From NCBI GenBank assembly GCA_026625185.1, contig CP113000.1:120001-152000 (forward strand): DNA of 32,000 bases, in the 5' to 3' direction. Within the stretch, counting starts at the first letter, position 1. The number at the start of each line of letters is the position of its first letter. The notes beneath the pieces are model-generated. The model was not told the DNA's origin, made no database searches, and was given only the letters and a program-made list of their open reading frames with translations. Shown here one piece after another: positions 22,565-30,712 of the stretch. This stretch comes from Thermodesulfobacteriota bacterium. GTDB lineage: Bacteria; Desulfobacterota; WTBG01; JAGOGO01. The position numbers and the translations under genes are program-made.

Positions 22565-24325
22565 TTAATTAAAATGATATCCCTTAACGTCGTTTTCTAA
22601 ACAACCCCCAATATAGATCACGCCCATGGATTTTTCACTTTCTTTTTCCACCACTTTCGGAAGATCGCCCAAGGTGGTTCGCACGAGCGTTTCTTTTTCT
22701 TTACGGCCTGAATTATAAGCAATCGCCGCCGGCGTGGCCTCCGGATAATACTTCTGCAATGTGGGCATGAGGTTTGGCATCTCCCTCAACCCCATGAAAA
22801 TCGCCATTGTTTCACCCTTATCGGCAATCGCTTTAATTAACGCTTCGTTATTTTTAAAGCCATCCGGCGCGATAACCACGATGGTTCCTTTGCATGACAC
22901 ATCCCTTCCCGTAAGAGCATTGGAAGCGTTGAAAGCGCTCAAGCCCGGCACAATTTTCGTGTCCTCGTCTGGCAACGAAGCCTTCAACCATCGCCAGCAC
23001 GTGCCAAAGATAGTAGGATCGCCATAGTCCAAAAACGCCACGTTCTTCCCTTGCGCCAGAGCGTCCTTGACCGTCGTGAGCACCTTATCCCGCTCAGCCT
23101 TCAGTGATTTTTGGAGCTCGTCTTGAGAGAGCTCAGGATGGTTCTTTTTAAAGACCCACTCCATGTAATCTTTATGGTTAAACAGGATCGGCTTTTCTCC
23201 GATATAACGAGCAAATCTCGTCTTCATCTCATCCGGACAGATAAAAACATCAGCCCGGGCAAGGTAAAACAAGGTATCCATGGTGAGGAGGCTCGTGTCA
23301 CCACAGCCCATGCCCATGATGTAGAGTTTTGCATGAGGCTTAATGGTTATGGCCTCTATTTTCGACACGGCTTTTACCCAGCGGCCGGCAGAAAGGCCAT
23401 CCGGGGCGACAAATGCGAATTTGCCGGATTTTTCTAAAGGATGGTTATCGGCGGTATCGGCAATGATCAGGCGGCGCTCTCCCAGCAGATTGAAGAAAAG
23501 CTCTCCATAGGATATAAGGGAACGATATCCGTCCGGATCTGAGACCAAGAAGACCGTGTTTGGATCCGAAGCAACTCCTGCTTTTTCAATGAGTTTCCTT
23601 ACCGAGACCCCGCTAAACTTTTTTAGTTTTGGCGTTCCATTTCCTTCGCCCCTTTGCTTCACGTCCACGTCAATCCGGGGAAAATCAGATAAATTTTTGA
23701 GGGTAAAGGTATTCTTTACTGCTCCCGTGACTGTCACCTCCGAAGATGAGAGCGTTTCTGTCTTTTTAAAAATAAGTCCGGAAGCCACTTTAAGGACCTC
23801 AATCTGGCTTACTTCATTTAAGGAACGATCGGGAAAAATATCATTGGCAATAACCAGCTTGGGAAATCCCATCGGGGATTTGGCGCCTTCAGCGCCGGTA
23901 TCAACCTTGGGGTTCTTCGCGTGAATAGTTGATAGCGCAATCACCACGTCACCGGGATTATGGTCCAGCACTTCTCCCCACGAAAGGACCGTCTGGCTCC
24001 CCTTTTTATTCTTAACCACAATCGCTAAATCTATGGGTTTGAAAAAATTTGCATCTTCATCTTTCTGCACGCACGCCAGTTCAAGCAGGTTCTTCAAAGG
24101 CACACCCCGGAAATACACGTCACCCTCGGAATGTCCTTCGCTGTTGGCGACTTCATTATACCGCACGAAAAGTGACTGCATGTTTTCAAGGTCCTGTAAG
24201 GTTACAAAGAGAGGTTGTTGCACCATGCCGGTAACGGACAAAACCGGCAGGACGCCTGCCCATCCTTTTACACCGACAAGCAAGAGAAACGCCAGTGAGA
24301 AAAGCACCATTATTTTTTTTCGCAT
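22565..24325 (-). CDS. Secreted fusion protein A: signal peptide + two YedY/sulfite-oxidase-like beta domains + C-terminal CbiF/CobM-like tetrapyrrole-methylase fold
   Basis: Signal peptide MRKKIMVLFSLAFLLLVGVKGWAG. Domains at about aa 27-180 and 196-328 carry VTG.V..P...L.DL / GV.L..L...AG / DGY.S..SYGEL / vKavskIE patterns. Aa 333-576 are collinear with precorrin methylases (YIMGMGCGD, LDYGDPTIFG, VPGLSAFNASNALTG, ETMAIFMGL, TPAAIAYN...TLVRTTLGDL, GVIYIGG). Confidence 0.8.
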   Translation of the reverse strand: MRKKIMVLFSLAFLLLVGVKGWAGVLPVLSVTGMVQQPLFVTLQDLENMQSLFVRYNEVANSEGHSEGDVYFRGVPLKNLLELACVQKDEDANFFKPIDLAIVVKNKKGSQTVLSWGEVLDHNPGDVVIALSTIHAKNPKVDTGAEGAKSPMGFPKLVIANDIFPDRSLNEVSQIEVLKVASGLIFKKTETLSSSEVTVTGAVKNTFTLKNLSDFPRIDVDVKQRGEGNGTPKLKKFSGVSVRKLIEKAGVASDPNTVFLVSDPDGYRSLISYGELFFNLLGERRLIIADTADNHPLEKSGKFAFVAPDGLSAGRWVKAVSKIEAITIKPHAKLYIMGMGCGDTSLLTMDTLFYLARADVFICPDEMKTRFARYIGEKPILFNHKDYMEWVFKKNHPELSQDELQKSLKAERDKVLTTVKDALAQGKNVAFLDYGDPTIFGTCWRWLKASLPDEDTKIVPGLSAFNASNALTGRDVSCKGTIVVIAPDGFKNNEALIKAIADKGETMAIFMGLREMPNLMPTLQKYYPEATPAAIAYNSGRKEKETLVRTTLGDLPKVVEKESEKSMGVIYIGGCLENDVKGYHFN

Positions 24326-24330
24326 AGTTA

Positions 24331-25086
24331 TTAGTCCTTTTTATTATTTGTGTTAAGTTGAAAGAAATACCAAAGCATCAAGACCGACATGAACGCTCCG
24401 CCCAATAAAATCAATCGGGTGCCCGGGTCCTTTTTCATGATGATTCGCAAGGGAAGTTGCTCCTTGCTTTTCTGGTCAACATCTAAATGCAAACTCCAGC
24501 CTTGAAACCAACACGGGTGCAAAAAGCTGATCTCTTTTGGATAGGTCTGAGAATCGGTCTTGAGATCTAAGGCGACCGCGCACTGGCGAAGTGGATTCTT
24601 TAAAAGGGAATTTTTCCAGAAAGTCGGTCGCACCTCTTTTACTTCCATGGTTCCGAGTTCAACCGAAATAATATCGCCGGCTTTAATCGGAATCACCTTC
24701 TGGGCGCCGGTAAACACGCTCAAGGCGTGGCCGGATAATGCCATGAGGAAAAAAATATGCATGAGCGAAGGAGAAAGCTTTAAGAAAAATTGACCAAAAC
24801 CAGACCCCCGTCTTTTGGGCCACAGGCCGGCCAGCCGGTCCAGGGTGCAGGCGCCGGTGTTAATGCCTAAGAAGATGAGAAGGAAAAAGAACGAGAAAAT
24901 CCACCAGCTTTTTCCGTCACCAAAAACTTTGAACCATTCCTGAAAGAGCATTTGGTTCAAAGGACGAAAGATGCCGGGACAATACTTTATATAATAAGCC
25001 CCGATGGTTAGATTAAGCGCAATGAGAAATAAAAGATAAAGGCTCAGTTTTACACTGGCTAAAAACCGCCACAGCGCTTTAACCAT
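24331..25086 (-). CDS. Short ResB/CcsB-like membrane protein
   Basis: N-terminus LWRFLASVKLSLYLLFLIALNLTIG and GINTGACTLDRL resemble the ResB N-terminal region. Four TM segments with a ~100-aa periplasmic loop. 8-nt overlap with the upstream CcsA-like gene; SD GGAGGG. Much shorter (251 aa) than typical ResB. Confidence 0.6.
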   Translation of the reverse strand: MVKALWRFLASVKLSLYLLFLIALNLTIGAYYIKYCPGIFRPLNQMLFQEWFKVFGDGKSWWIFSFFFLLIFLGINTGACTLDRLAGLWPKRRGSGFGQFFLKLSPSLMHIFFLMALSGHALSVFTGAQKVIPIKAGDIISVELGTMEVKEVRPTFWKNSLLKNPLRQCAVALDLKTDSQTYPKEISFLHPCWFQGWSLHLDVDQKSKEQLPLRIIMKKDPGTRLILLGGAFMSVLMLWYFFQLNTNNKKD

Positions 25087-25840
25087 TTTTCCCTCCGATC
25101 ATCATTACCAGCTCCGATAATTGGTATTGAAAGGTAAACACGAGAACCAACACCATCCCGGCAATCGCCACCCCGGCTTTTTTTCGCAAATCCCATTTGG
25201 CGACAAAGCTCAAGTGGATGTAGGCGACATAGTAGCACCAGATCGCCGCTGATCCCAAATGCCGATCCGCCCAGTGAAAGGGACTTCCCCAGCCCAGATA
25301 AGCCCAGATGGCACCAAAAACCTGAGAGAGGCTAAAAAGCACGAACCCCCAGATTACAAGATCATGAAAAATCGGAACCTCGATTTTTTTACGGACATAA
25401 AAAAACGCAAGCCAGGCCCCCATAATAAAACAGGCATGAGCCAGCACTTCACAAGCAAAAAACAGGGGGGAGAAGAAAGTCTGATTTTTGGCAAACGGAG
25501 GAATGACTCCTTTCGGGTACACCAGGGTGATGATAGAAAAAAAGAAAATGGGCATGATAATATGGGAAAATAATTTTAGGTCATTTTTAAAGAACCGCAC
25601 TATCAAGCCGATAAAGCCAAGTGACCAGGGAAGAAAGGAGATTTCATTAAACATGGGGTTTGCAAAAAAAAAGCCCAGGTACCAGCCGCGGGTTATTTGA
25701 CTCACCGTATGAAAGACAAACCCGAAAACAAAAAACACCTCGGCCACCCGTTCCTTTTTTAGAAGACCAGAAAAAACACTAACGAGATACCCGCCAAAAG
25801 CAAGATAAAAGGTGATTAAAGAAAGCTCAGCAATTGACAT
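25079..25840 (-). CDS. CcsA/CcmC-family (cytochrome c assembly / heme-handling) membrane protein with a divergent Trp-rich motif
   Basis: GAIWAYLGWGSPFHWADRHLGSAAIWCYYVAYIHL aligns with the CcsA consensus WA...WG.YW.WDPKE....W..Y...LH, but WSWDPKE is replaced by FHWADRH. 8 TM segments. SD AGGGAGG. Confidence 0.7.
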   Translation of the reverse strand: MSIAELSLITFYLAFGGYLVSVFSGLLKKERVAEVFFVFGFVFHTVSQITRGWYLGFFFANPMFNEISFLPWSLGFIGLIVRFFKNDLKLFSHIIMPIFFFSIITLVYPKGVIPPFAKNQTFFSPLFFACEVLAHACFIMGAWLAFFYVRKKIEVPIFHDLVIWGFVLFSLSQVFGAIWAYLGWGSPFHWADRHLGSAAIWCYYVAYIHLSFVAKWDLRKKAGVAIAGMVLVLVFTFQYQLSELVMMIGGKNG

Positions 25841-25956
25841 GAACCCTCCCTTGTCCCAATCAGGATTTTAGATGAAATCATCCCTCACTAAAACAACTAC
25901 AGTTTAGCAATCTTTGTTTGGAAAGAGCCCTATCCTACGCAGTATTTTTTCAGGAG

Positions 25957-26048
25957 GCACCCCCTGGTGCTGTGATTGCTCTCGTCCATGCCGATATCTA
26001 CCCGTTGGACAAGAGCCGACCTATCGCATTCAAAGCACCAGGGGGCAT
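25957..26048 (-). promoter_or_regulatory. Structured intra-operon leader upstream of the CcsA-like gene
   Basis: Perfect 12-bp long-range helix (25960-25971 CCCCCTGGTGCT with 26034-26045 AGCACCAGGGGG) enclosing 62 nt. On the minus-strand RNA the 3' arm can instead fold locally (GCACC-AGGG-GGUGC) and is followed by CCUCC, complementary to the gene's SD. Confidence 0.35.
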
Positions 26049-26117
26049 AGGTAATAGAGGGGGAGAAAATTACTATTCATTTCTTTGACAAAGTCAGTAC
26101 CGCCGCCATTTTTCGAT

Positions 26118-27872
26118 TTAATTAAGGCAGGGGCCGACATAAATCAGTCCCAACCATTTTTCGCTTTCTTTTTCATTTGCTTTTAATACCTCCTGGAGCG
26201 TAGACCTGACTATCTTTTCCTTTTCCGTGTAACCGGCATTATAAACCAGACTTATCGGCGTGGTGCCGGCATAGTATTTCTGCAAAAACGGCACCAGGGT
26301 GGGCAATTCCTTCAGACCCATAAAAATAACCAGCGTTTCACCCTGGTCGGCAATCGCCTTAACCAACGGCTCGTTGCTTTTTAATCCCCGGGGCGCTGTA
26401 ATTACCAGGGATCCGTTGCAGGTCGGATCTCGTTTAAGAAGCGCATTGGAAACGTTAAAAGCGCTGATGCCGGGAACAATCTCGATTTGATCTTCGCTAA
26501 TATAGTCTTTTAAAAAGCGGCCGCTTCCAAAAACTCCGGGATCGCCATACTCCAGATAAGCAACGGTCTTCCCTTCGTTCAAAGCGGCAATAACTTTTTG
26601 AACTTCCTTCGCACGCTGTTCTTTGAGAAGTTTTTCCTTTTCCTCTTGCGTGAGGTTTGGGTTGGGCTTGTGAATAATCTGTTCCAATGAATGGATCGGA
26701 TTAAAGAGCACCGGCTTGTCCCCGATATAACCGGCAAGGCTGTTTTTCAGCTCATCGGAACACACAAAAGCATCCGCCTTGGATAGACAGGAAAGCGCTT
26801 CGAGAGTAATCAGTTTTGTTTCCGAACACCCGATACTGATGATGTAAACCCTGGGCTCTTTTTTCAGAGTGATTACCTCTATCTTATCAACTGACTTCAC
26901 AGTCCGGTCCGCTGAAAGATCATTGGGCAGAACGAGCATGAACTTTCCGGTTTTTTTCAAGGGCTGATTATCCACGGTATCCGCGAGCATAATCTCTGCG
27001 CCCGCGCGCGAAAGGAAGAGCTCACCGTAGGATACCAGCGACCGGTATCCATCAGGAGCAGAAGCGATAATAACGGAATTTAAATCCGGCTTGATTCCGG
27101 CTTTCTCGAGGAGAACGCTCAGCGAAACCCCCTTATACTTATTAAATCCGTGAAAACCTTTGCCTTCGCCGACCTGTTTGGCAAATAACGCGGTCTGAGG
27201 ATAGGAAGAGATTTTTTTAAGTTCTGATGACTTTCCTTTGCCTGAGATAACCGTTACTTTTGGCGAAAAAATACTTTCTCCCTTTTTTCCCTGAATCGGC
27301 AGGTGGAGGTCCACCACCTCAATGTTGGTAATCTCCTCAATACACCGGTCGGTGTAAAAATCATTAGCCACCACCAAGGTGGGAAGGCCAACGTTTCGTT
27401 TTAACTGATCAACCATGTTCGGAGCGATTTCCTGAGCAAAAGCCGGATCACCTAACTTTTTAGGCATGATCGGAGTAGCTTCAATGCCGACGATGATATC
27501 CCCCGGGTTCCGGTAGAATACCTCGCCCCAGGAAAGCACCACCTGCTCGCCTTTCTTGTTTCGAACCACTATCGCCAGGTCAACCAGCTTGGAAAATGCC
27601 GACGCCTCTTTTCTGACTCCCGCAAGATCAAGCAGGGCTTGGAGTGAAGGCCCGTGAAAATAAAACACTCCGTGAAAACTTTTGTCTTTGGACACCTCAT
27701 TGAGCCGCACACAAGCGCTGTCAAACTTTTTAAGGTCTTCCATATTCATATACAGCGGCTGTTTCACCTCGCCCGTGATGCTGATCACGGATTGCGCATC
27801 CGCCCATGCCTGAACAGTGAAAAAGCAGCCTACGGCAATCAAAAAAACAATGGAAATTATTTTTTTAAACAT
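26118..27872 (-). CDS. Secreted fusion protein B (paralog of 22565-24325)
   Basis: Same architecture as protein A and collinear with it throughout. Signal peptide MFKKIISIVFLIAVGCFFTVQAWADA. Methylase-like domain with YIISIGCSE, LEYGDPGVFG, VPGISAFNVSNALL, ETLVIFMGL, GLIYVGP. Start placed at the ATG (27872) after the TTG listed in the ORF track; SD AAGGGA. Confidence 0.8.
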   Translation of the reverse strand: MFKKIISIVFLIAVGCFFTVQAWADAQSVISITGEVKQPLYMNMEDLKKFDSACVRLNEVSKDKSFHGVFYFHGPSLQALLDLAGVRKEASAFSKLVDLAIVVRNKKGEQVVLSWGEVFYRNPGDIIVGIEATPIMPKKLGDPAFAQEIAPNMVDQLKRNVGLPTLVVANDFYTDRCIEEITNIEVVDLHLPIQGKKGESIFSPKVTVISGKGKSSELKKISSYPQTALFAKQVGEGKGFHGFNKYKGVSLSVLLEKAGIKPDLNSVIIASAPDGYRSLVSYGELFLSRAGAEIMLADTVDNQPLKKTGKFMLVLPNDLSADRTVKSVDKIEVITLKKEPRVYIISIGCSETKLITLEALSCLSKADAFVCSDELKNSLAGYIGDKPVLFNPIHSLEQIIHKPNPNLTQEEKEKLLKEQRAKEVQKVIAALNEGKTVAYLEYGDPGVFGSGRFLKDYISEDQIEIVPGISAFNVSNALLKRDPTCNGSLVITAPRGLKSNEPLVKAIADQGETLVIFMGLKELPTLVPFLQKYYAGTTPISLVYNAGYTEKEKIVRSTLQEVLKANEKESEKWLGLIYVGPCLN

Positions 27873-27965
27873 CAAGTTTTCCCTTTCTTCTATCCCTTAC
27901 CATTATCCCCTTTACCTCTCTTTTTGGAAAAGAGGGGGGGCTGGGGGATCTTAAATCTCTATACC

Positions 27966-28017
27966 ACTAACAACTAACAATTATCAACTAACAATGAAAC
28001 TAACACCAACACTAACC
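27966..28017. repeat. Five copies of heptamer ACTAACA (minus-strand UGUUAGU) directly after the TBDR2 stop codon
   Basis: Copies start at 27966, 27973, 27987, 27999 and 28011 (the last is ACTAACC), giving spacings of 7, 14, 12 and 12 nt. Confidence 0.8.
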
Positions 28018-30135
28018 TTAGTATTTCGCCGTCAACCCGAACCAGACGGTTCTTCCCATTGCCGGGAAACCATACTCAGGCTCGTAGTCCCGGTCGAGCA
28101 TGTTGTTCATCGCCATGTAAGCTTCAAAATACTTCAGGAAGTTCTGCGAAATCCGGCAGTCAAACGTCATCTGCGAGTCGCTTTTGATCGTAGGATCTTT
28201 CGGATACGTTGGCGTAGGGAGCCGGGAGTAGACTTGGGCCACATAAATAGCGTTAAAATCAAGCCGGGTTCCTATTCTCGGCACAGTATACCGAAGCCCA
28301 ACATCAAATTTATGGAGCGGAGTATTGAGAACCTTATCCGTTACCCGGCCTTCGCTGTGATCTTTGGCTCGATTGTACATGTAATCAAAGCTTAGCACCA
28401 GGTTCTTTACCCAGGGCGGATAAAATTCGGTATTGAGTTCAAAACCAGCCATTCTAATTTTCCCGAAATTCAAATAGTTCCCACCTTGATCCGGAGGAAG
28501 GTCGCGGGTAATCCAGTCTGATATGCGGTGATAAAAATAGGCAAGCTCTAACCAGGCGAGATTACCAAAAGCATGATTTACCCCAAAGGTAGTGTTGACG
28601 CTTTGCTCTGTTTTTAAATCGGGATTCCCCCCCGAGGTCGAATAGAGTTCCTGCAAGGTAGGAAAGCGGGTTTTTTTAGCAACTGAGGTAAAAAGCTTGG
28701 TATCTTTATCAATCTGATAGGTAAGGCCCCCCATGGGATTGAAGGAATGGGAAATTGGCGCTGTTTTGTTATCCCTTTGGGCTTGCAAATCCCCGTATTC
28801 AACTCCAGGCGGCAACACTGGATCATCTTTTGAGTTCCAAGTATCATTATAATTTGACCCTTTAATATCGAACCAGTCGTAGCTCACCCCGGCAACCAGG
28901 GCAAGGTTTTTAATGAGGGCAAACTCATTTTCCAAGCCTAAAGAACCGGTGTAGGTATAGGATTTCGAGAAGGGCAGGTATTCATCATTTTTTTCTTTAT
29001 GGATGTCCCTGGTTAAATGATAGGAAAACCGAAGGATGTCCCAGGAAACCGGCTGGTAATCCGCAAAGAATTTTCCTCCCCAGCTTTCATCATTGTACAA
29101 GCTGTCAGCAATGTTATTTTTAAAGTCATACCAGTCATAGGATTCATATATATCGTCGTGTTTGTGATAAAAAAGTTTGCCCCGTAAGGTCAATTGATCG
29201 AAAACTTTTTGCTTCCCGCTTAAATCAAGAGCCCAGTCATCATATTTTGGCCAGCGATTAAACGGAGTGAACGCCGGTCGTGTAAGGAACATCCGTGAAG
29301 CTTCCCGTATGCTGGGAGGCACCCCCTTTTCACGGTCAATGTAATAAAAATTTGCGTAATATTCGGAATCAGGGTTAAATTCGACACCAACTTTGGCCCA
29401 GATCGCGTGTTTTTGGGAGTCCGAATTATTGCGGTATCCACCATTTTCCATTTCATAAGTACCAGTTTTTCCTTTAATTGTCCCTTGAACCGGCTTAAAA
29501 TCATCCGAGAGCCGCCATCCTAATGTCTCCTCATGGGTGTAGTTTAACCAGTAGCTGAAAATCCCTTTTTTCCACCCGGTAGAAAAGGATTCCCTATCAC
29601 TACCGTGTTCCCCCATCTCAAAGGTGGCTGAAGCTGCCATTTTTGTAGTGGCTTTTTTGGTAACGATGTTGATAACCCCGCCCATGGCGCCCGCGCCATA
29701 AATGACCGAAGGTGCCCCCTTGGTAATTATGATTTTGGCGATGTTGTCCGTCGGTATGGAGGAAAGGTCGAGTTTATGGTAATTCTGCTCGTAATAGGGA
29801 ACACCGTCAATGAGCACCAGGAGGCGTTCCTGACCAAAACCCTGGATCGAAATGTAGGGTTCGTTTTTCTTGCCGGTGGAAACCCGCACTCCCGGAGCAT
29901 GGGCCAGAGCTTCAGCCACATTTGTGCTGTGAGTGGCTTTAATCTGCTCTGCCGTTACTTCGTTAGTGATAGCCATTTCGGTAACAGCCGCCGGCTTTTC
30001 ACCGGATACAACTATTTCACCCAGGTCATAGGCGGTAAAATCAGCTTCTTCGTCTTTTTCTGCCGACCATGCCGGGAGGGAAAAAGCAAACAACAAACTA
30101 AAACTAATTAATAATAATAAAACTTTTACCCTCAT
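28018..30135 (-). CDS. TonB-dependent outer-membrane receptor (TBDR2)
   Basis: Signal peptide MRVKVLLLLISFSLLFAFSLPAWSA, TonB box DLGEIVVSG, plug motifs (VAEALAHAPGVRV, LVLIDGVPY, GGVINIVTKKA). 705-aa barrel ending ...FGLTAKY. SD AAGGAGG. Confidence 0.9.
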   Translation of the reverse strand: MRVKVLLLLISFSLLFAFSLPAWSAEKDEEADFTAYDLGEIVVSGEKPAAVTEMAITNEVTAEQIKATHSTNVAEALAHAPGVRVSTGKKNEPYISIQGFGQERLLVLIDGVPYYEQNYHKLDLSSIPTDNIAKIIITKGAPSVIYGAGAMGGVINIVTKKATTKMAASATFEMGEHGSDRESFSTGWKKGIFSYWLNYTHEETLGWRLSDDFKPVQGTIKGKTGTYEMENGGYRNNSDSQKHAIWAKVGVEFNPDSEYYANFYYIDREKGVPPSIREASRMFLTRPAFTPFNRWPKYDDWALDLSGKQKVFDQLTLRGKLFYHKHDDIYESYDWYDFKNNIADSLYNDESWGGKFFADYQPVSWDILRFSYHLTRDIHKEKNDEYLPFSKSYTYTGSLGLENEFALIKNLALVAGVSYDWFDIKGSNYNDTWNSKDDPVLPPGVEYGDLQAQRDNKTAPISHSFNPMGGLTYQIDKDTKLFTSVAKKTRFPTLQELYSTSGGNPDLKTEQSVNTTFGVNHAFGNLAWLELAYFYHRISDWITRDLPPDQGGNYLNFGKIRMAGFELNTEFYPPWVKNLVLSFDYMYNRAKDHSEGRVTDKVLNTPLHKFDVGLRYTVPRIGTRLDFNAIYVAQVYSRLPTPTYPKDPTIKSDSQMTFDCRISQNFLKYFEAYMAMNNMLDRDYEPEYGFPAMGRTVWFGLTAKY

Positions 30136-30163
30136 GATACTCCTCCTTTTTTTAATATCGGGG

Positions 30164-30268
30164 CTATCTCAGTTCTAATTCCGAGAGTCCCAGAGCCACT
30201 TGATTTTTGAGTAAATCTATTCGACTGATTATCTTATCAGCGAGTTTAAGAAGTTCCATATCATTCAT
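30164..30268 (-). CDS. Candidate 34-aa small ORF (MNDMELLKLADKIISRIDLLKNQVALGLSELELR)
   Basis: Hand-translated; below the ORF-track size cutoff. ATG preceded by AAGGAGG with a 7-nt spacer. Fills the gap between the 109-aa ORF and TBDR2. Predicted amphipathic helix. Confidence 0.4.
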   Translation of the reverse strand: MNDMELLKLADKIISRIDLLKNQVALGLSELELR

Positions 30269-30272
30269 ACTC

Positions 30273-30602
30273 TTACCTCCTTTCACACTTTAGAAGTTCA
30301 TCCATCTTTAAAGTCCTCTCCACATACTTCCCTCCATCAGAATTTCTCTTATATAACAACAAGTTCAACTTTCCATGTAAGAAAACAAACATACTACAGG
30401 CTATATGTCCCATAGTACTTAATCCTGTAGGAAGTATATAATCATCTGGAGAGGAATCCTTTAGTTTCTCAGCGAACAGTCTATAAATCTGAGTTGTTCC
30501 ATAACGGGATATTACTCCCTCCGAGAGATATACAAGTTCTCCAAATCTCTCAGCATCTTCGTTATCGTGTCCTCCACGGTTGACAATAAAAACCTTTTTC
30601 AT
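30273..30602 (-). CDS. Hypothetical 109-aa protein, first gene of the TBDR2 array
   Basis: ORF with SD AAAGGA. Visibly more A+T-rich than its neighbours. No family recognised. Confidence 0.55.
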   Translation of the reverse strand: MKKVFIVNRGGHDNEDAERFGELVYLSEGVISRYGTTQIYRLFAEKLKDSSPDDYILPTGLSTMGHIACSMFVFLHGKLNLLLYKRNSDGGKYVERTLKMDELLKCERR

Positions 30603-30712
30603 GATTAGAATCCTTTCGGTATAGTTGGGATCGAATCTACTGGTTGAAGAGGGTCTATTATCTCAACATTATTTTTTAACTCTTTTTTCTTTTTTAAAAA
30701 AAATAATATTTC

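Noticed and set aside
27925-27950. Hairpin CTCTTTT-TGG-AAAAGAG between TBDR2 and fusion protein B as a terminator
   Set aside because: No U-run follows on the transcribed (minus) strand and the downstream gene starts ~55 nt later. It is more likely a stabilising or processing hairpin, if functional at all.
27966-28017. CRISPR-like interpretation of the heptamer repeats and of the 10-bp repeats at 30746-30777
   Set aside because: The repeat units are 7-10 nt with spacers of 0-7 nt, far too short for CRISPR, and no cas genes are present.
27654-28395. Plus-strand ORFs 27654-27977 and 27994-28395
   Set aside because: They are antisense to the fusion protein B 5' end and the TBDR2 3' end. The second starts inside the heptamer repeat tract. 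Neither has an SD.
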